Shown: positions 61,625 through 64,000 of the stretch, piece by piece
How positions within the stretch are numbered: the stretch's first letter is position 1
Layout of the letters: each line of letters starts with the position of its first letter
DNA from: an uncultured Spirochaetota bacterium
GTDB lineage: Bacteria; Spirochaetota; UBA4802; UBA5550
Length of the DNA stretch: 64,000 nucleotides
Reading direction: 5' to 3'
Assembly (NCBI GenBank): GCA_963727175.1
Contig: CAVSFD010000002.1
Location: 4,403,071-4,467,070 of the forward strand
Translations under genes and position numbers: made by a program
The notes under the pieces: model-generated
The model's database searches: none
What the model saw: the letters and a program-made list of their open reading frames with translations, nothing else
What the model was told of the DNA's origin: nothing

Positions 61625-64000
61625 TTAAAAATCCTTAAACAGGCCTTTATATGCCGTCATAAGCGATTCAACATCAGTATGGATAATCGTATTCATTTTT
61701 AATCCGGTTATTTCAATGATAGAAGATCCGGCGACCGTTCCGATCAGTCCCACCGGCACTCCGGCGAAGACCTCCTCGAATTCCTTTTTACGCGAGGGAT
61801 TGACAGAAACCAGCACCCTCCCCTGCGACTCCGAGTAGAGAATGAAGTCGTTCCGGTCCGTTTCCGACGGCACAGCCGCGAGATTGGCCGAAAAGCCCAT
61901 CATCCCCGCCAGTGCTGATCTGGCCAGGGCCACGCCGAGGCCGCCCCGCTCGATGCTGAGGCACGACGACACGAGCCCACGGTCAATGGCGGTTTCAACG
62001 GCCCGGTATGTCGCAACAAATCCTTCAGCAGGAACAGAAGGGGCATCGTCGCCGATATAGCGCCGCCCGGAAATTGTTTCGCCCCGGCAGGCAAGGTACT
62101 CGCTTCCGCCGGTCTCCTCCCGGGTCATTCCGATGACGTATATCAGATCGCCGGGGAACTTGAAGTCAATGGTCTGGCACTTCCGGATATCGTCCACCAC
62201 GCCGATGGAGGAAACCAGGAGCGTGGGAGGGATGGATATTGCCATCTCGCGGAAATTCTCGTCGTATCCGCGGAAATCGTTGAACATGCTGTCCTTGCCG
62301 GAAATGAAGGGCGTGCCGTAGGCTATGGCATAATCATGGCACGCCCGCGCCGCCTCGCGGAGCTGTCCGAGGCGCTCCGGATTGTTGGAATCGCACCAGC
62401 AGAAATTATCCAGGATGGCCAGCCTGTCCAGACGGCCGCCGGCGGCTATGGCATTCCGGACCGCCGTATCGATGGAACAGGCAGCCATCCGGTAGGTATC
62501 GATGTCGCTGTAGGACGGGTAGAGGCCCTGGGAGAGCACCACACCCCGGTATGAATCCGAGCACGGGCCGGATCACCGTTGCGTTGCCGTTCACGCCGCC
62601 CCTTCCCTGAAGGGGCTTGATCACGGAATTCGCCTGTACCTCGTGATCGTACTGGGTTGATATGAATTCGAAGCTGGCGGTATTGAGCCGTCGCGGCCAT
62701 ATCGCGATATATATCAGTCATGTCTTCCGGCTCGGGAAAGGCCGGATAGGGATGCTTCTCTTTCGTGTATGTTGTTTTCAGCTTTTTCCGCGGGAGCCCT
62801 TCATGGAGAAAGGACATGTCCAGGTCGAAGATGACCTTCCCGCCGTAGCGCACGACGCCCCTCTTCCCGTCCCGTGAAGTTTCCGATCACCGTGGCCTCG
62901 ACGCCGCGGCGCTCCATGAGGCCGATGAACTCCTCCACCCGGTCGTCGGGCACCGCCAGCGGTCATCCGCTCCTGGGACTCGCTGACCCATATCTGCCAC
63001 GGGGCGAGGCCCGGGTATTTCAGCGGCACCTGTTCAAGGTCCACCTCGAAGCCGCCGCACTCCCGCGCCATCTCCGCCACGGAGCAGGAGAGACCGCCGG
63101 CGCCGTTGTCTGTTATGGAATGGTAAAGGCCCCGGTCACGCGCCTCCTTCACAATGGCGTCGGAGAGCTTCTTCTGGGTGATGGGATCGCCGATCTGTAC
63201 CGCCGTGGCGGGGCTGCCGGACGACAGGGCCTCTGATGAAAAAGTGGCGCCGTGTATGCCGTCCCTCCCCACCCTGCCCCCGATCATGACGATAGTGTCC
63301 CCCGCCATGGCCTTCTTGAGGCATGATGATCTACCGTTCACGTATCTTGGTATGAGGCCCACGGTCCCGACGAAGACCAGGGGCTTTCCCTTGTAGCGCT
63401 CGTCGAAATAGACAAAGCCCTGCGGTGTCGGTATCCCCGACGTGTTGCCGCCGGCGTTCACGCCGTGCACTACTCCTTCCATGATGCGCCGCGGCGAGAG
63501 CATCTTGCTCGACGGGTCCTTGCTCTTGTATAACGGTTTTGTATCGAAGGGATCGGCAAAGCAGAAACCGTAACGGTTTGCCACGGGCCTTGATCCCATG
63601 CCGAAGCCTATGGCGTCCCGGTTGACCCCCACGATACCGGTAATGGCCCCGCCGAAGGGGTCCAGGGCGCTCGGGCTGTTGTGGGTTTCCACTTTATCGG
63701 ATATGATATAATTCTCGTCGAACTCAATGCCGCCTGCATTGTCCTCGAAGACAGACACGCAGAAGTCCCTGTCTCCCATATCGCGGCGTATCCTGACGGT
63801 CGCGTCCCTGATGTAGCTGCTGAATATTCCTTCCGGGACGTCATCGTCTATTTCAGCGGCAAAGATGGTATGTTTGCAGTGCTCGCTCCATGTCTGGGCA
63901 ATGGATTCAAGCTCCACGTCTGTGGGATTTCGTTTCTCGGAACCGGCGAAGTAATCGCGGATCGCGTACATCGAGGCCATGTCCAGAGCCAGGGGCCCCC
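61625..64000 (-). pseudogene. purL: Phosphoribosylformylglycinamidine synthase PurL (5' end outside window), frameshifted near 62540-62950 (probably consensus errors)
   Basis: QTWSEHCKH, KVETHNSPS, DGIHGAT, DNGAGG, SESQERM, DNFCW, ISGKDS split over frames. Confidence 0.92.

Overview
Bacterial chromosomal window (moderately GC-rich genes, AT-rich spacers). It is mostly housekeeping and lipid-metabolism genes: dprA-[haem membrane protein]-topA-xerC, mltG, a hybrid histidine kinase, a fluoride riboswitch-crcB-DUF190 unit, yciH, a cyclophilin, a DEAD-box helicase, a lipase with foldase, rmuC, flgG-flgA-flgH-flgI-flgJ, adk, DAHP synthase, purQ and purL. A spirochaete-like (Leptospirae-related) origin is plausible but is my inference only. 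Three conserved genes (acyl-CoA dehydrogenase, ABC-F, purL) carry clustered frameshifts that look like assembly errors. The best candidates for new biology are: (1) an ~11 kb co-oriented cluster (41201-52323) encoding an adenylate-forming ligase, a secreted Ntn-hydrolase, a flippase-like protein, CapA, a DegT aminotransferase, a GNAT and three tandem stand-alone condensation-type (HHxxxD) acyltransferases with no carrier protein, bracketed by a pair of ~42-bp inverted repeats; (2) a three-copy intergenic element with a conserved core of GGA-loop hairpins inside unrelated outer stems; (3) a three-copy ~150-bp MITE-like element; (4) a four-site TetR-type operator motif. No rRNA, tRNA, CRISPR array, transposase or prophage was seen.
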